NCBI GenBank assembly: GCA_020184695.1
Contig: JAANOX010000058.1
Span: 1-30,345, forward strand
Direction: 5' to 3'
DNA from: Histomonas meleagridis 2922-C6/04-290x
Taxonomy: Eukaryota; Protista; Parabasalia
Length of the DNA stretch: 30,345 nt
Position 1 is the stretch's first letter; each line of letters starts with the position of its first letter. Both the position numbers and the translations under genes were made by a program. This document shows, piece by piece, positions 11,685 through 24,967 of the stretch. The notes under the pieces were generated by a model that was not told the origin of the DNA, made no database searches, and was given only the letters and a program-made list of their open reading frames with translations.

Positions 11685-14604
11685 TTATTCAGATTCTTCT
11701 TTCAACCTATAAATAACAACTTTGTTTCTTATGGATGAAAGCAAACTTTCATTGCATTTTATTCTCTTAGATGTGATTGGTTGACCATTTTTGCACATTT
11801 CAAGAATAGCCATCCATTTAGCGTAAAATCTTTCTGATTTTTTGGCCGTGAGCTTGATTTCTGCTTTAGCCCATCTTTTTTTGATCTCATTTTCCAGTGT
11901 ATCATCAAAAATGAGAGCTGTAGAATCAAAGTTTGCCATTTCCGTTTTTTGGAAGCCAAAATATGCTTCAACGACCTCATTCAAATGGTGGCTATATGGT
12001 ACTGTTGGGATTTCATTGATTTTCATATCTTTAATTGCCCTTTGAGTTTCGGATGTCTTATGGATCTTACAGTTATCGTGAATTATACAATTCTTATTAC
12101 TACCTGAGCATACTGCCCTTCTAATAAGATCTGTTACTTCACGGATAAATACAGCATAATCGTTACCATTTATGCTTCCTCTGAACCACCTACTTATAAC
12201 ACCGAACCCTGGGATGACACAGGAGAGAATTGAGAGTTTATGTTGTGCAAGGATTCCTTCTACAGCAGGAACTACTCCAATTAATGCTCTATCTTTAATT
12301 GTATTTGGTAACAGTGTTACAGCAGCCTCATCTACGAACATAAATATAACATTTGATAATCGTGCAATTTCCAAAACTATACTTGCCCAAAAAGCTCTTA
12401 GTATCATTAGTCCTATTGTATTTCTGGCCGGAGGGGAAAATTTGATTGATTTAGCACGGAAATGCAACTGTGATATCAATCGATTTACAGATCTAACTGA
12501 AATGCCACTACCTTTTTCGAATATACCTGATCTAAGGTTGAGATATTCTGTTCTTTGAATCCCAGTCCATTGAGGTTACTCCATAAGTGTTGTTATGACA
12601 CATAGGATTACTTCCTCTGTAATCTTACAACCTTTCCTATTTTTAGGCGTTAAATTTGATACTTTGCGTGTTTTCTTTGAATTTGCTATCCATGCTTTTA
12701 ATGTTGATTTACTGGGTTTCCGATTACCTAACATTTGCTGTGCGACAGCTTGCCAATTTTCGATAAGTTTTGCGTCGCTTGAATACATTCTTCTGTTATC
12801 TTTGTAAAATTGAATAAATTTTTCTTGAATGTTATATTTTTGTTCTCTTTTGAATGTGATGTTGAAATTTTACTTTATTTTTTCTTCATTGATATATTTT
12901 TTTATCTCTTGATATAGGTCATCTATATCAAGGATTATACAACGATCTCTCCAATCATATGAAAATTCATTATGATTGTCATCAAGAAAATCTGTTTTGT
13001 CTTCATTTGTTTGTGCATTCTGTTTCATGTATTGTATTTTGGTAATCAATTTATCGGCCAAAATATCGTCTATTTCAGTTTTATCATTTGTGTCTTCAAT
13101 TAATATTTCAGAAGAAGAATATTCTGGATTTTCTTCTTCTTCTTCAATATTTAATGATCGAAAATTAAAAAGATTATTTTGTAAAAACTCTCGAAATTCT
13201 TCAACACTAATTGAAGATTTGTGATAAACTACGAAGCTCTCATATAATTGAATTAATATTTGAGTCTGTTCGGAAATTTGAATATCATCATCAAATACTC
13301 TGAATGGCGTGTTGAATAATTTTCGAAGTGTTTCATTCCTCCTATTAATGCACCCAATATTGCTAGTTTTCCATTCAGCACTTGCAAAAACTTTTTGATT
13401 TGCTTTTATGAAACTAGTGAACAATTTCCATTCAGGCTCAGATGGTGTATTAATCACACTTGTGGGAATTATACCACCATTTACGTATAATCTTCCACAA
13501 AGGGAAGGGAAATTATTTTCAATATTAATCGAATTAATAGGTTCCGTATGAGGCACAAGTATATAATTTTGTGACTCCGGTGTATTCATTATTACTTGTT
13601 CCTGATGTAGAGGTATATATTTGCTATTGGTTAATGAAAATACTGGTGCATTAAATTGAAGTTCATCTTCTGACGTGTTTTCATAAACAAGAAAACATAC
13701 ATTACTTATTATTGTATCTTCAATCGACACAATAATACTTATTCTTTGAGTTCTAGCTGTAAGGCCAATAACTTCGATTTTTTTATCATCACAAATTACC
13801 CAATGTCCGAGAACATATTTTAATGTGATCCAATGTCCTGAATCAATTTCTTTTCCAATATGACAACAGATACTACGTAAGCGATAAAAGGGACATCCAT
13901 CAGATGTTTCGTTTGAATATTGCCTAAGATCAAGCTATGTTGGAATTGTTACACTTTGATTCGATTTACTACTATTAATTATACGATTGACATTTATACA
14001 TTAAGATTATTGGAAAAACAACAACATTTGTTGTCATTATCGAATTATTTTCAGTTTTGTCTTCTGCAAAATACTGCTTAATAGATCCTTCTATTAATCC
14101 ACCTTTTATTCCCAATGTAATCATTGATAAATTTTCCTGTAAAATTTCAATTGATCTTGTACTACTTTTAACAACCTTATCAATCTTAATCACGAATAAA
14201 TTCTTAACATTATCACTAATTATTGAGCTAATAACTACAACATAGAAATCTGAAACGTCCTGTTGCTCTAATACACCTCTGTATTGGGGTAAACATGAAT
14301 AACCCATCCAACCATTCCAATTTTTTATAATATCAGTTAGTTTGATAAATGCATCTTTAGTTTTAGTTGATTGAAGTGACTGGGTTATTTGGTATAATAG
14401 TTTGCTTGTATTATCAAGGTGATCATCATATCTAATAATCTCGTTCAAAAGAGGTTGAATACATTAAACGGCTTGCATCCAAGATATAATAAAACAGTAA
14501 TTGCCTTGGTTTGCATAGCCTTTGAATAGAGAAATAAATGAATCATCATATTCGGTTTGGTTAATGCGTTCCAAAGATCTGAGAATTTCGATTAAAGAAT
14601 TCAT
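11685..14604 (-). pseudogene. USP (peptidase C19) deubiquitinase domain fused to an IS630-Tc1-mariner DDE transposase, about 972 aa when repaired
   Basis: ATG at 14604. Cys box GYANQGNYCFIISWMQAV, EQQDVSDF, P-IIL-CINVNR..VTIPT*LDLRQY, His box YRLRSICCHIGKEIDSGHW..WVICDD..VCFLVY, acidic linker, then FVDEA / HDNCKIH / PYSHHLNEVVEAYFG. Stops at 14464-6, 13935-7, 12870-2 and 12576-8; one +1 frameshift near 14000. Confidence 0.85.
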
Positions 14605-14611
14605 CAAAAAA

Positions 14612-14616
14612 AGTGA
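14612..14616 (-). promoter_or_regulatory. Trichomonad-type initiator (Inr, TCACT) upstream of the USP-transposase ATG
   Basis: Minus strand reads cgaTCACTttttttgATG. This matches the trichomonad Inr consensus TCA(+1)YW with a 10-nt leader. Confidence 0.6.
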
Positions 14617-14670
14617 TCGAAATTATCTTGTCACTTTTCAAATACAATAACTTACTTCTCTCTATTTATC

Positions 14671-16876
<2,206 letters not shown>

Positions 16877-16954
16877 TTGACAAAATTAGTTTTAATTATT
16901 ATATTTATAAAAATAAATAAGGTAAAATTAAGATTTTTTATTTCCTAATTGAAG

Positions 16955-17147
16955 TGGACAGAAATTTCCGGCTAATGGACAATTTTTTCGGCTCGCGGCC
17001 GTTTACTTCAAATGCCGATCATTTCGTGGTCAGAAATTTCCGGCCGATGGACAGATTTTTCGGCTCGCGGCCGTTTACTCTAAACAACGGTTATTTTTTG
17101 GACAGAAATTTCCGGCCGATGGACAGATTTTCGTGTCCGGTACTGTA
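16955..17147. repeat. About 2.6 copies of a 72-bp GC-richer repeat ending in a Tc1/mariner-like terminus (..GTCCGGTACTG|TA)
   Basis: Units start at 16955, 17027 and 17099, each with two TGGACAG-like subrepeats 21 bp apart. The reverse complement of the end reads TA-CAGTACCGGACACG. Confidence 0.75.
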
Positions 17148-17295
17148 ATTCATATTCCAATTTTTATTCATGATTTGTTTTTCAATATTGTCAATCTTAT
17201 TTTTCTTGATCTTTTAAGTATTCAAAATATAGCTTGATTTATATTATTGTGCATAAATTAGAATTAACAAGTATAAATGATAAAAAACATATGTA

Positions 17296-17520
17296 AGTGA
17301 GAACGAATAATAATAAGTAACAATAAACACCCATAAGTGAGAATAAACTTCAAAAAGTGAGAATATCCACAGATAAGTGAGAATATATGTATATAAGTCA
17401 GAATAAATACAAATACGTATAAGAAAACACATATAAGTGATACCTTAACATAGAAGTGACATTAAACATAAAAAGTGAGAATAAACACATATAAGTGAAA
17501 ATTAACACAGATAAGTATGT
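17296..17520 (+). repeat. Degenerate AT-rich minisatellite with AAGTGAGAATA core
   Basis: aagtgagaa / aagtcagaa / aagtgaaaa recur at roughly 20-40 bp spacing. Related gagaataaaataaatat repeats continue to about 17790. Confidence 0.6.
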
Positions 17521-17958
17521 GTTAGATGCTGTGAGTGTTGGTGTGTGTCTGAGTTTATATATTGGTTCCTATTGATGTCTGAAAGAATATGATCAAGTTG
17601 GATATCATAGGTTGCAAACGCATGTTGAAATTGAGGTGTTAATCGAGAATAAATAAAGATATGAAAAAAATATGAAAATAAATATGAGAATGAAATAGTT
17701 ATAAGAATAAAATAAATATATAAGAATAAAATAAATATGAGAATAAAATAGATATAAGAAAAAAATAGATACGAGAATATATGTGAATACATATCCATTC
17801 AATATTATCTTATGTTCACTCTTGTTAATTCATGTTTATTCATATTTTCTCTTTTTTATTCTGTTTATTATGTTTCCTCATTCATATTTATTTGGTGTGG
17901 CGGTTAGAACTGTAACAGGAAAATAGCACTTTTTTACCGATGGCGTTTTGCCATTCAA

Positions 17959-20900
17959 ATGCTCACGAACGAGAACATTCTGATTCCCATTCTTCAAATA
18001 TTCACAAATAATACAGAACCAATACCACAGTCGACAAACTTATTTAAAATTGTAGATTCTTCTTCAATTCCAATTCTTGATTCTCAAATTATTGAAACAT
18101 TTCAAAATAATTTTGCCGAAAATAATGATTATTTTTCATCTCTTAAAATCTTTGATGGAATTTTTCATTATGATTCCAAAGTTATTAGTTCTATTCTTGA
18201 TCACAAAATTCAAACCGAAGAACTTGTTAAATATGGGAAACCAGTTATTTTCTCCAATGCGATAGGATTTCTTCTTTCTGATCCCATTGAATTCAACGAT
18301 TTCCAAGTAGAGTTATTAAATGTATTACGCATTATATTTCTTTTAACATATGATGACTATGAAATATCATATCCATTATATCTATTAACCTTAGAGCATG
18401 GAATCAATATATCTGCCGAGAATTTTTCAATTGATACAATTCTATTTATCTGCCAGAATTTTTTATTTCATCGGCAACCATCAGTCAAATCTCTTTATAT
18501 AATTTTTGAACTTTTTAAAAAATCACCATCATGTCAACTGAATAAACCACAAATCATGTCGACTATAACAAATCTTGAGAACACATTAATTGAAGCAAAC
18601 ATTGACTTTGATGACACTGAAATTTGTAATTTTCTTTTAACTAAACTAAATGAATTAGATGATAGTGATTTCCGTTTAATTTCTTTATTAGCCAAATCGC
18701 GAAGTAGTAAAAATGTACAAAATTTATATTCAAAAATTCCATCATTAATATTTGAATTATCGAACTCATTAAGGATTAAAATGAATTTTTCATCATCAGT
18801 TCATTTTCAATATTCCAAATTTTCATCACGAAACAATGATATTGATTGTGAATTTGAGATAAATGATACAATAGAAAATATATCACCAAAAACTGATTGG
18901 CCCAAAAGTTTATTTCCACAAGAATATTTATCAAAACTTGATTCTATTTTAAACATTTTTAAATATTATTTAAATAATGAATATTATGATTCTTTTGTTG
19001 AATCATTTAATGATTATTTAAAACGATCAAAAACGAATTTATTTTTATCATTTTTATACATATTATCAAAAATTGAAGTTAATTTTACATTAAAAGATAA
19101 TTCTTGTTCATATTTGTTTCATAGTGATTTATTTAATCCAAATGTTACTATTTATTTCCCAAATAAAGATTTCGAATTAATTTCAGCACTTAGAAATTGT
19201 ATTATAATGATCGTATTTAAACATAATCCAAAATATATGAATATATTTTTTCAAAACTGTAAAGAATTTCCATTTTTGTTTAGTGAATTACTTGTTAGAA
19301 GTTTATCTTATGATATAACTTGTTTATTTACAAATAATTTTTTGAATGCGTTTTGGAATATTGATATTTGTTTAAGGAATATTTATAAAGAAATGAAAGA
19401 TAATAAAAATATTTGTGTTTCTGCTCGATCTTCACTTTATTATTTTTTAACAACTCTTTTAAAAATTCCTTCGCTACCTTTTAAAACTATTAATATGAAA
19501 GAAATTTCTGTCGAAGTATTTTCGATTGTATCTGAACGAGCTTTTAAACAAAAGTTTTTTTGTGACATTGAAAATATTTTATTAAAAGAACAAAATAAAG
19601 AAAATATTGTTAATTCTGGATTACAACAAATTAGTAATTTATTAATAATTTTTGATTATTCTTCTTATTTGTCACCATTACAAAATATGGTTATTTCTTT
19701 ATTAAATTGTGTTATTAGTTCTATTTTAAAGAATAATTCAATTGCTTTTGCAGCTACACGTTTAATTAATCCTTTTTTATTATTTTTAAAACATTTTCAT
19801 TCACAAGAATTATTATCAAAAATTATTGAATTGATATCATTAACTCCATTTGATAATACATATCAATTATCTACATATATAATATCTAATGAAAAGAAAT
19901 TAAGTCAATTAATTATACGAAAATTATTTTCATTAGTATCATCAACATTATTAGAAATTAATTTAACCAAATTTTATATTAAGAAGCCATTTGTATTTCA
20001 AATGATATTATCAATTTATTCATATTATGAACTTACAGAAGAATTATTAAAAATCATTGATAAATTATGTGATTTTTCAAATTATAATAAAATCCAACTA
20101 CATGAAGGAGAATTTGATTTATTAATTCTTGATATATTATTAAATTATCCAGATGATTTTTGTTTTAGAGGTTTTCAAATATATAAAGTTGATAAAATTA
20201 ATATTGATTTAATTTGTTTAATATTTGCTAAAATTACTACAAATATTTCAAGTATTGTAGTAGCACAAAGATTAATGAAAGTTTTATTTCATTCCAAAAT
20301 TTCGGATAAATTTATAAAATTTTTTATGCCAATTTCTGAAACATTTAATAAATATCAAACTGTATGTTATCCTTTAGGTATTCAACAAGTATTTTTTGAA
20401 GCTGATAACTTAAGTTTTTTAGATTTATTTCATGGTTCAACTATAGGTTTTTGGTGTTATCCTGAAGAAGAATCTTTTAATGAATTAAATATAACATCAA
20501 CAATTTTAAGAATTTCTTCTTTACTTGAAATTTTTATTCAAGGAAATCAATTAACTTTAAGTGCTAATAAAACAAAATTTAACTTGACTTCAATTAAATT
20601 TAATCAATGGAATCCTATAATTATTAATTTTAAAGCTTCTGGTGAATCAATTTTAAGAACAGAAATTTATTCTGATTTAGAAAATCCAACAACAATTGAT
20701 ATTAATGTTAAAAATATTCAAGAAGATATCGCATTATTCTTTGGCAATTTCGAATTACATAAAACAGATAATACAAAACTTTTATTATCTGTGTATCAAT
20801 TATCATTTTTTGCATTCTTTCCTGATATGTTAACTCAAAAAGAAAGAGAACAATTTATAAATGATGGACATATAATTACAACATCAATTAATCAAAGACC

Positions 20901-23900
20901 ACTTTATATGTATCCTGAAAATCAACTTAATCCACCAATTAATAAAATAACTTTATTTATAGATCCTTCAGGTTGTTTTCAACAATTACCAAATTTATTA
21001 CATATTTTTAGAGGTGAATATCCTTTGGATTGTATTGGACCTTTATTCAGGAACTTCCAAAGTTTTAAAAATAATTTGTTATTATTAGATTGTATTGAAC
21101 AATTATTTTTAACTAAAATTAATGTCATATTTGAAATGATAACTTATTTATTACCTAATAGTGATCCTAAAGTATTAACTTATGATCTTTATTTAAACTT
21201 TTTTAATGACGCAAAGTTTTCTTCTAATCAAGAATATTTATTTGAATATATATTATTAAATTTTGATATTTGGATTAAAGCTTCAAATAATGAATTATTA
21301 AAAATATTAGAACATTGGTCAACTGAATTATTTGATACATTTACAAGTTATTTTTTGTCTGATAGTTTTATACAAACTTTTCTATCGAATATTCGAATTT
21401 ATTTTTATATAGATCCAATTGAAACTAATATTATAACAAAATATAAACGTGATCCGAATTTAAACATTAATAAATGTATAGCTTTTTTAGTAAAAATATT
21501 AATTCGTAGAGCTTCATTTCAATTTACACATTCTGATTCATTAGTTTATTTGACTAATTTAGTAAAATGTAAAGATTCAAAATTAGCATTACAATTCCTT
21601 GAAGTAATTCCTTCATTATTTCCATATTCTAATTCAAATATATTAAGTAATTTATTACATTTAATTGATTTACAAAAAAATCCAACATTTTTGCCACCAT
21701 TAATTCATGCTTTTTATATATTAAGTGGGGATTCATTTTATATTAATTCATTAATTTTAAGTTATCAAATCCCAGAAAGTTTTACTTATGATTTATTTAA
21801 AGATGAATTAGATCAATTTATTGAATTATTTTCTATATCTATTATAGCTGCATTAAATTCTAATCAAAGTTTACAAGATGAATTAGCTAAAAAATTATTT
21901 AATTTTTCTACAAAAAATCTTTATAGAGTTAGAATTAAAAAATGTGAATTTTGGTATATTTGGCCAATACTTTTTGCAGTACAAATTCAAGAAATTTCTT
22001 CAATTATTGTCTGCCAATCTTTAGCTAATATTGTATCAGAAGATTTTGAACTTTCTTTATTAAAATCAATTATGACATTTTTAGATTTAATTGAAATTAA
22101 TACAAGTTTTGATGTGCATAATTTTGGTATTTTATTTTTAAAGTTTGTATTTCAACAACTTAAATTTCAAGATGTACAAGAATTTGATGAAGGTTTAAAT
22201 GAAATTGGATTTAATGCATTATTTACTAAATGTGTATCAGAAACACATTCATTTGAAATATTAAAAGAATATTCATTATCAGTTTTTAATAAGAAACTTA
22301 AAGTACATCATAAACTTAATAGTGTAAAAAATTTTGTTGAACTTAAAGCTTGTTTTGCATTTAGTTTAATGAAATTTACACATTATTTACAATTAAAGAA
22401 ATTTAAATCATTTTCAGAAACAGAACGTGAATTTTATCAACTTTATTTAAAAATTATACCTAAAGAGCCTCGAATGGTATTTTCACAACATATATTTCAA
22501 GGTTGTTCAAGTTATCCTAATGCTAATGAACAAGAACGATTAAATATAATTTTATCATTATATAATGAAGATGAATCATTTACAGAATATATGAAATTAC
22601 TTGATATTAATACTGCTAAAAATGTTATAAAATTAAATAATTTCTTTAAGTTTCTTGAAGAACCTTTACAAAATGTTAATACAATTCATCTTAATGATCC
22701 AGTTTTAATTGTAGTTAAAAATAAAAATCATCAAGGAAAAATAGCTAAATTAAAATGGCAAAAAATTATTCAACAATTTGTACATCCACGTGCTTTATTT
22801 GATTTAAATTGTTTTGTTTATAAACGCGATTTTTATTTTTCTAATTCATTTGTATCAAATCGTTTAAAGCGTTCATTAAATATCCCTAAAACTCGAATTA
22901 AATGTTTTCCAAATCCTCCTACAAATGTAATTCTCACTAAGAAATGTCAACAAATAAAAATATCAGAAACTATACCATGTGAATTTACACTTACTACGAA
23001 ATCAATTATCATAAAATTTGAATATAAAGTTAAAAATATATCAAATGAAAACATTAAATATATCTTATATAGAAATAGATATCAAAAACTTACTGCTTTA
23101 GAATTCTTTATGACTAATAATCGATCAATATTATTAGATTTCTCACCTATATTATGTGATGATATAATGAAATATTTTGAAAAAGATTATTTCCCTAATT
23201 TATTAATATTAGGGAATTCTAATTTCTTAAGTTTAATTGAAGAATCAAATATAATTAAAGAATGGCGTAAAATGGATATATCAAGTTTTGATTTATTATT
23301 AAAATTAAATATATTATGCGGTCGTTCTTATCATGATCCAGAGAATTATATAATATTTCCTTGGATAATATTTGGTCCTAATAAAGAATTACGAGATTTA
23401 AATTTACCAATGGCAGCACAAACCCAAACAAAAATTGATTATTATCGACAAATGTTAATAATCAATAAAAATAATCCGGATGGTGCATATGTATTTGGTT
23501 CTGCACCTTCAAGTGCTATGTTATTAGCATATTATTTAGTTCGACAAAATCCTTTTACTGATTTACATTTACAAATTCATGATGGACATCTTGATAGTTT
23601 AGAACGATTATTTCGATCAGTTGATAATTATTTTGCAGGGTTAAATCAAAGTGATGAATCACGTGAATCTATACCTGAGTTTTATACAATGCCTGAAGCA
23701 TTTATCCAATTTGATGATGAAAGTATATTAAAATCATTAATCATTCCTAATTGGGCTAATAATAATATTTATGATTATATTTATTTAAGTAAGAAAATAT
23801 TAGAATCATTTTATGTATCTGAACATTTAAATCAATGGATTGATTTACTTTTCGGTATATGTCAAACAGGTGAAGAAGCTATTAAAAGATGTAATTTGTT

Positions 23901-24939
23901 TTTACCTTATTTATATAATAATGTATGGGAAAAACAACCACCTGAAAAAACAGAATTAATTTTAACAATGTTAAAAAATTTGGGATCTTTACCTAAACAA
24001 ATATTTAGATATGAATTCCCTCAAAGATATCCTTTTAGATTCGAATCTTCTTATTATGGTACTTATAAAGATTTCGATATTGGTTCAATATCTGAAGGAT
24101 TTGCATTTTCTTCGACTAAATCAATTTTATATTTAATATTTAAGAATTATGATGGAGGATTTTATTCATATAAAGTGAACATTGAAACAAAAGAATTACA
24201 ATTAATAAATAATCGTTCATTAGCTGTAGAACCTTCAGCTAAAACTATATTATATAATCAAGTTTTATATGTATTCGATAGTGATAAAAGTTTAATATAT
24301 TTAGTACAACCGAATTCTATTAGAACTATACATCAAAAATTTTCGACAATCGATTTTATTAATGTAGGAAATGATAATACAATTTATACCGCTTCAAAAA
24401 TGGGAATTTTTAAGATTTGGAAAACAAATCGATTCGGTGAAACTAAAACTTTACATAGAGTTATGAGCGATTCATTAAAATCCGCTTATGTTTCACAAGA
24501 ATTCGGTATCATAGTTTGTTCAACTTTCGATGGCTATATCGAAATTTATTCAATAACGAATCAAAGATATATAAATTCTTGTTTTTTGGATAACTCAATC
24601 GGAATAAAAGTTATTGTTACATACGAATTAGGATTTATTGTGGTTAAAACTGTAGACGAAATTTGGCTGTTCACTGTAAACGGGTTCTTAATTAAAAGAG
24701 CTAAAGTAGAAATGGAAATTAATGATTGGATAACTTGGAAAAACTTCGATGGATTCGATATGATAGCGTTCTTCGATTATGATGGAAGATTATACGTGTT
24801 CGAGGCTTATTATCCTGAAAATATTAAATTGTTGACTTCTTTCCAACAAAATATAGTGGGAATATCTTATATAGTACAAATAGATAAATTGGTGGCAATT
24901 ACTTCAGAACCTTCGGTTCATATCTTAAAGTATAACTAA
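17959..24939 (+). CDS. Beige/BEACH domain protein (PH-BEACH-WD40 C-terminus), 2326 aa
   Basis: Uninterrupted ORF with BEACH motifs GRSYHDPENYIIFPWI, YYLVRQNPFTDLHLQIHDGHLD..ERLF, IPEFY and SEHLNQWIDLLFG. A PH-like segment precedes them and WD40-like repeats follow. Confidence 0.95.
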   Translation: MLTNENILIPILQIFTNNTEPIPQSTNLFKIVDSSSIPILDSQIIETFQNNFAENNDYFSSLKIFDGIFHYDSKVISSILDHKIQTEELVKYGKPVIFSNAIGFLLSDPIEFNDFQVELLNVLRIIFLLTYDDYEISYPLYLLTLEHGINISAENFSIDTILFICQNFLFHRQPSVKSLYIIFELFKKSPSCQLNKPQIMSTITNLENTLIEANIDFDDTEICNFLLTKLNELDDSDFRLISLLAKSRSSKNVQNLYSKIPSLIFELSNSLRIKMNFSSSVHFQYSKFSSRNNDIDCEFEINDTIENISPKTDWPKSLFPQEYLSKLDSILNIFKYYLNNEYYDSFVESFNDYLKRSKTNLFLSFLYILSKIEVNFTLKDNSCSYLFHSDLFNPNVTIYFPNKDFELISALRNCIIMIVFKHNPKYMNIFFQNCKEFPFLFSELLVRSLSYDITCLFTNNFLNAFWNIDICLRNIYKEMKDNKNICVSARSSLYYFLTTLLKIPSLPFKTINMKEISVEVFSIVSERAFKQKFFCDIENILLKEQNKENIVNSGLQQISNLLIIFDYSSYLSPLQNMVISLLNCVISSILKNNSIAFAATRLINPFLLFLKHFHSQELLSKIIELISLTPFDNTYQLSTYIISNEKKLSQLIIRKLFSLVSSTLLEINLTKFYIKKPFVFQMILSIYSYYELTEELLKIIDKLCDFSNYNKIQLHEGEFDLLILDILLNYPDDFCFRGFQIYKVDKINIDLICLIFAKITTNISSIVVAQRLMKVLFHSKISDKFIKFFMPISETFNKYQTVCYPLGIQQVFFEADNLSFLDLFHGSTIGFWCYPEEESFNELNITSTILRISSLLEIFIQGNQLTLSANKTKFNLTSIKFNQWNPIIINFKASGESILRTEIYSDLENPTTIDINVKNIQEDIALFFGNFELHKTDNTKLLLSVYQLSFFAFFPDMLTQKEREQFINDGHIITTSINQRPLYMYPENQLNPPINKITLFIDPSGCFQQLPNLLHIFRGEYPLDCIGPLFRNFQSFKNNLLLLDCIEQLFLTKINVIFEMITYLLPNSDPKVLTYDLYLNFFNDAKFSSNQEYLFEYILLNFDIWIKASNNELLKILEHWSTELFDTFTSYFLSDSFIQTFLSNIRIYFYIDPIETNIITKYKRDPNLNINKCIAFLVKILIRRASFQFTHSDSLVYLTNLVKCKDSKLALQFLEVIPSLFPYSNSNILSNLLHLIDLQKNPTFLPPLIHAFYILSGDSFYINSLILSYQIPESFTYDLFKDELDQFIELFSISIIAALNSNQSLQDELAKKLFNFSTKNLYRVRIKKCEFWYIWPILFAVQIQEISSIIVCQSLANIVSEDFELSLLKSIMTFLDLIEINTSFDVHNFGILFLKFVFQQLKFQDVQEFDEGLNEIGFNALFTKCVSETHSFEILKEYSLSVFNKKLKVHHKLNSVKNFVELKACFAFSLMKFTHYLQLKKFKSFSETEREFYQLYLKIIPKEPRMVFSQHIFQGCSSYPNANEQERLNIILSLYNEDESFTEYMKLLDINTAKNVIKLNNFFKFLEEPLQNVNTIHLNDPVLIVVKNKNHQGKIAKLKWQKIIQQFVHPRALFDLNCFVYKRDFYFSNSFVSNRLKRSLNIPKTRIKCFPNPPTNVILTKKCQQIKISETIPCEFTLTTKSIIIKFEYKVKNISNENIKYILYRNRYQKLTALEFFMTNNRSILLDFSPILCDDIMKYFEKDYFPNLLILGNSNFLSLIEESNIIKEWRKMDISSFDLLLKLNILCGRSYHDPENYIIFPWIIFGPNKELRDLNLPMAAQTQTKIDYYRQMLIINKNNPDGAYVFGSAPSSAMLLAYYLVRQNPFTDLHLQIHDGHLDSLERLFRSVDNYFAGLNQSDESRESIPEFYTMPEAFIQFDDESILKSLIIPNWANNNIYDYIYLSKKILESFYVSEHLNQWIDLLFGICQTGEEAIKRCNLFLPYLYNNVWEKQPPEKTELILTMLKNLGSLPKQIFRYEFPQRYPFRFESSYYGTYKDFDIGSISEGFAFSSTKSILYLIFKNYDGGFYSYKVNIETKELQLINNRSLAVEPSAKTILYNQVLYVFDSDKSLIYLVQPNSIRTIHQKFSTIDFINVGNDNTIYTASKMGIFKIWKTNRFGETKTLHRVMSDSLKSAYVSQEFGIIVCSTFDGYIEIYSITNQRYINSCFLDNSIGIKVIVTYELGFIVVKTVDEIWLFTVNGFLIKRAKVEMEINDWITWKNFDGFDMIAFFDYDGRLYVFEAYYPENIKLLTSFQQNIVGISYIVQIDKLVAITSEPSVHILKYN

Positions 24940-24967
24940 ATGTTTTCGATATATATCATAAAAATTT
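24937..24967 (+). terminator. Trichomonad-type polyadenylation signal (TAAA overlapping the stop codon) with a downstream cleavage-like motif
   Basis: Stop TAA plus A gives TAAA. About 20 nt later, catAAAAATTTT resembles the Y|(A)nAAUU cleavage context described for Trichomonas. Confidence 0.5.

Noticed and set aside
11685-14604. Alternative genetic code (TAA/TAG read as Gln, or TGA as Trp) to explain in-frame stops in the fusion gene and retrotransposon
   Set aside because: The 2326-codon AT-rich BEACH gene has no internal TAA, TAG or TGA and ends in TAA, so the standard code applies. The stops are more simply decay or sequencing error.
16955-17147. CRISPR-like array
   Set aside because: There are no unique spacers and no cas genes, the context is eukaryotic, and the repeats end in a transposon-like terminus.
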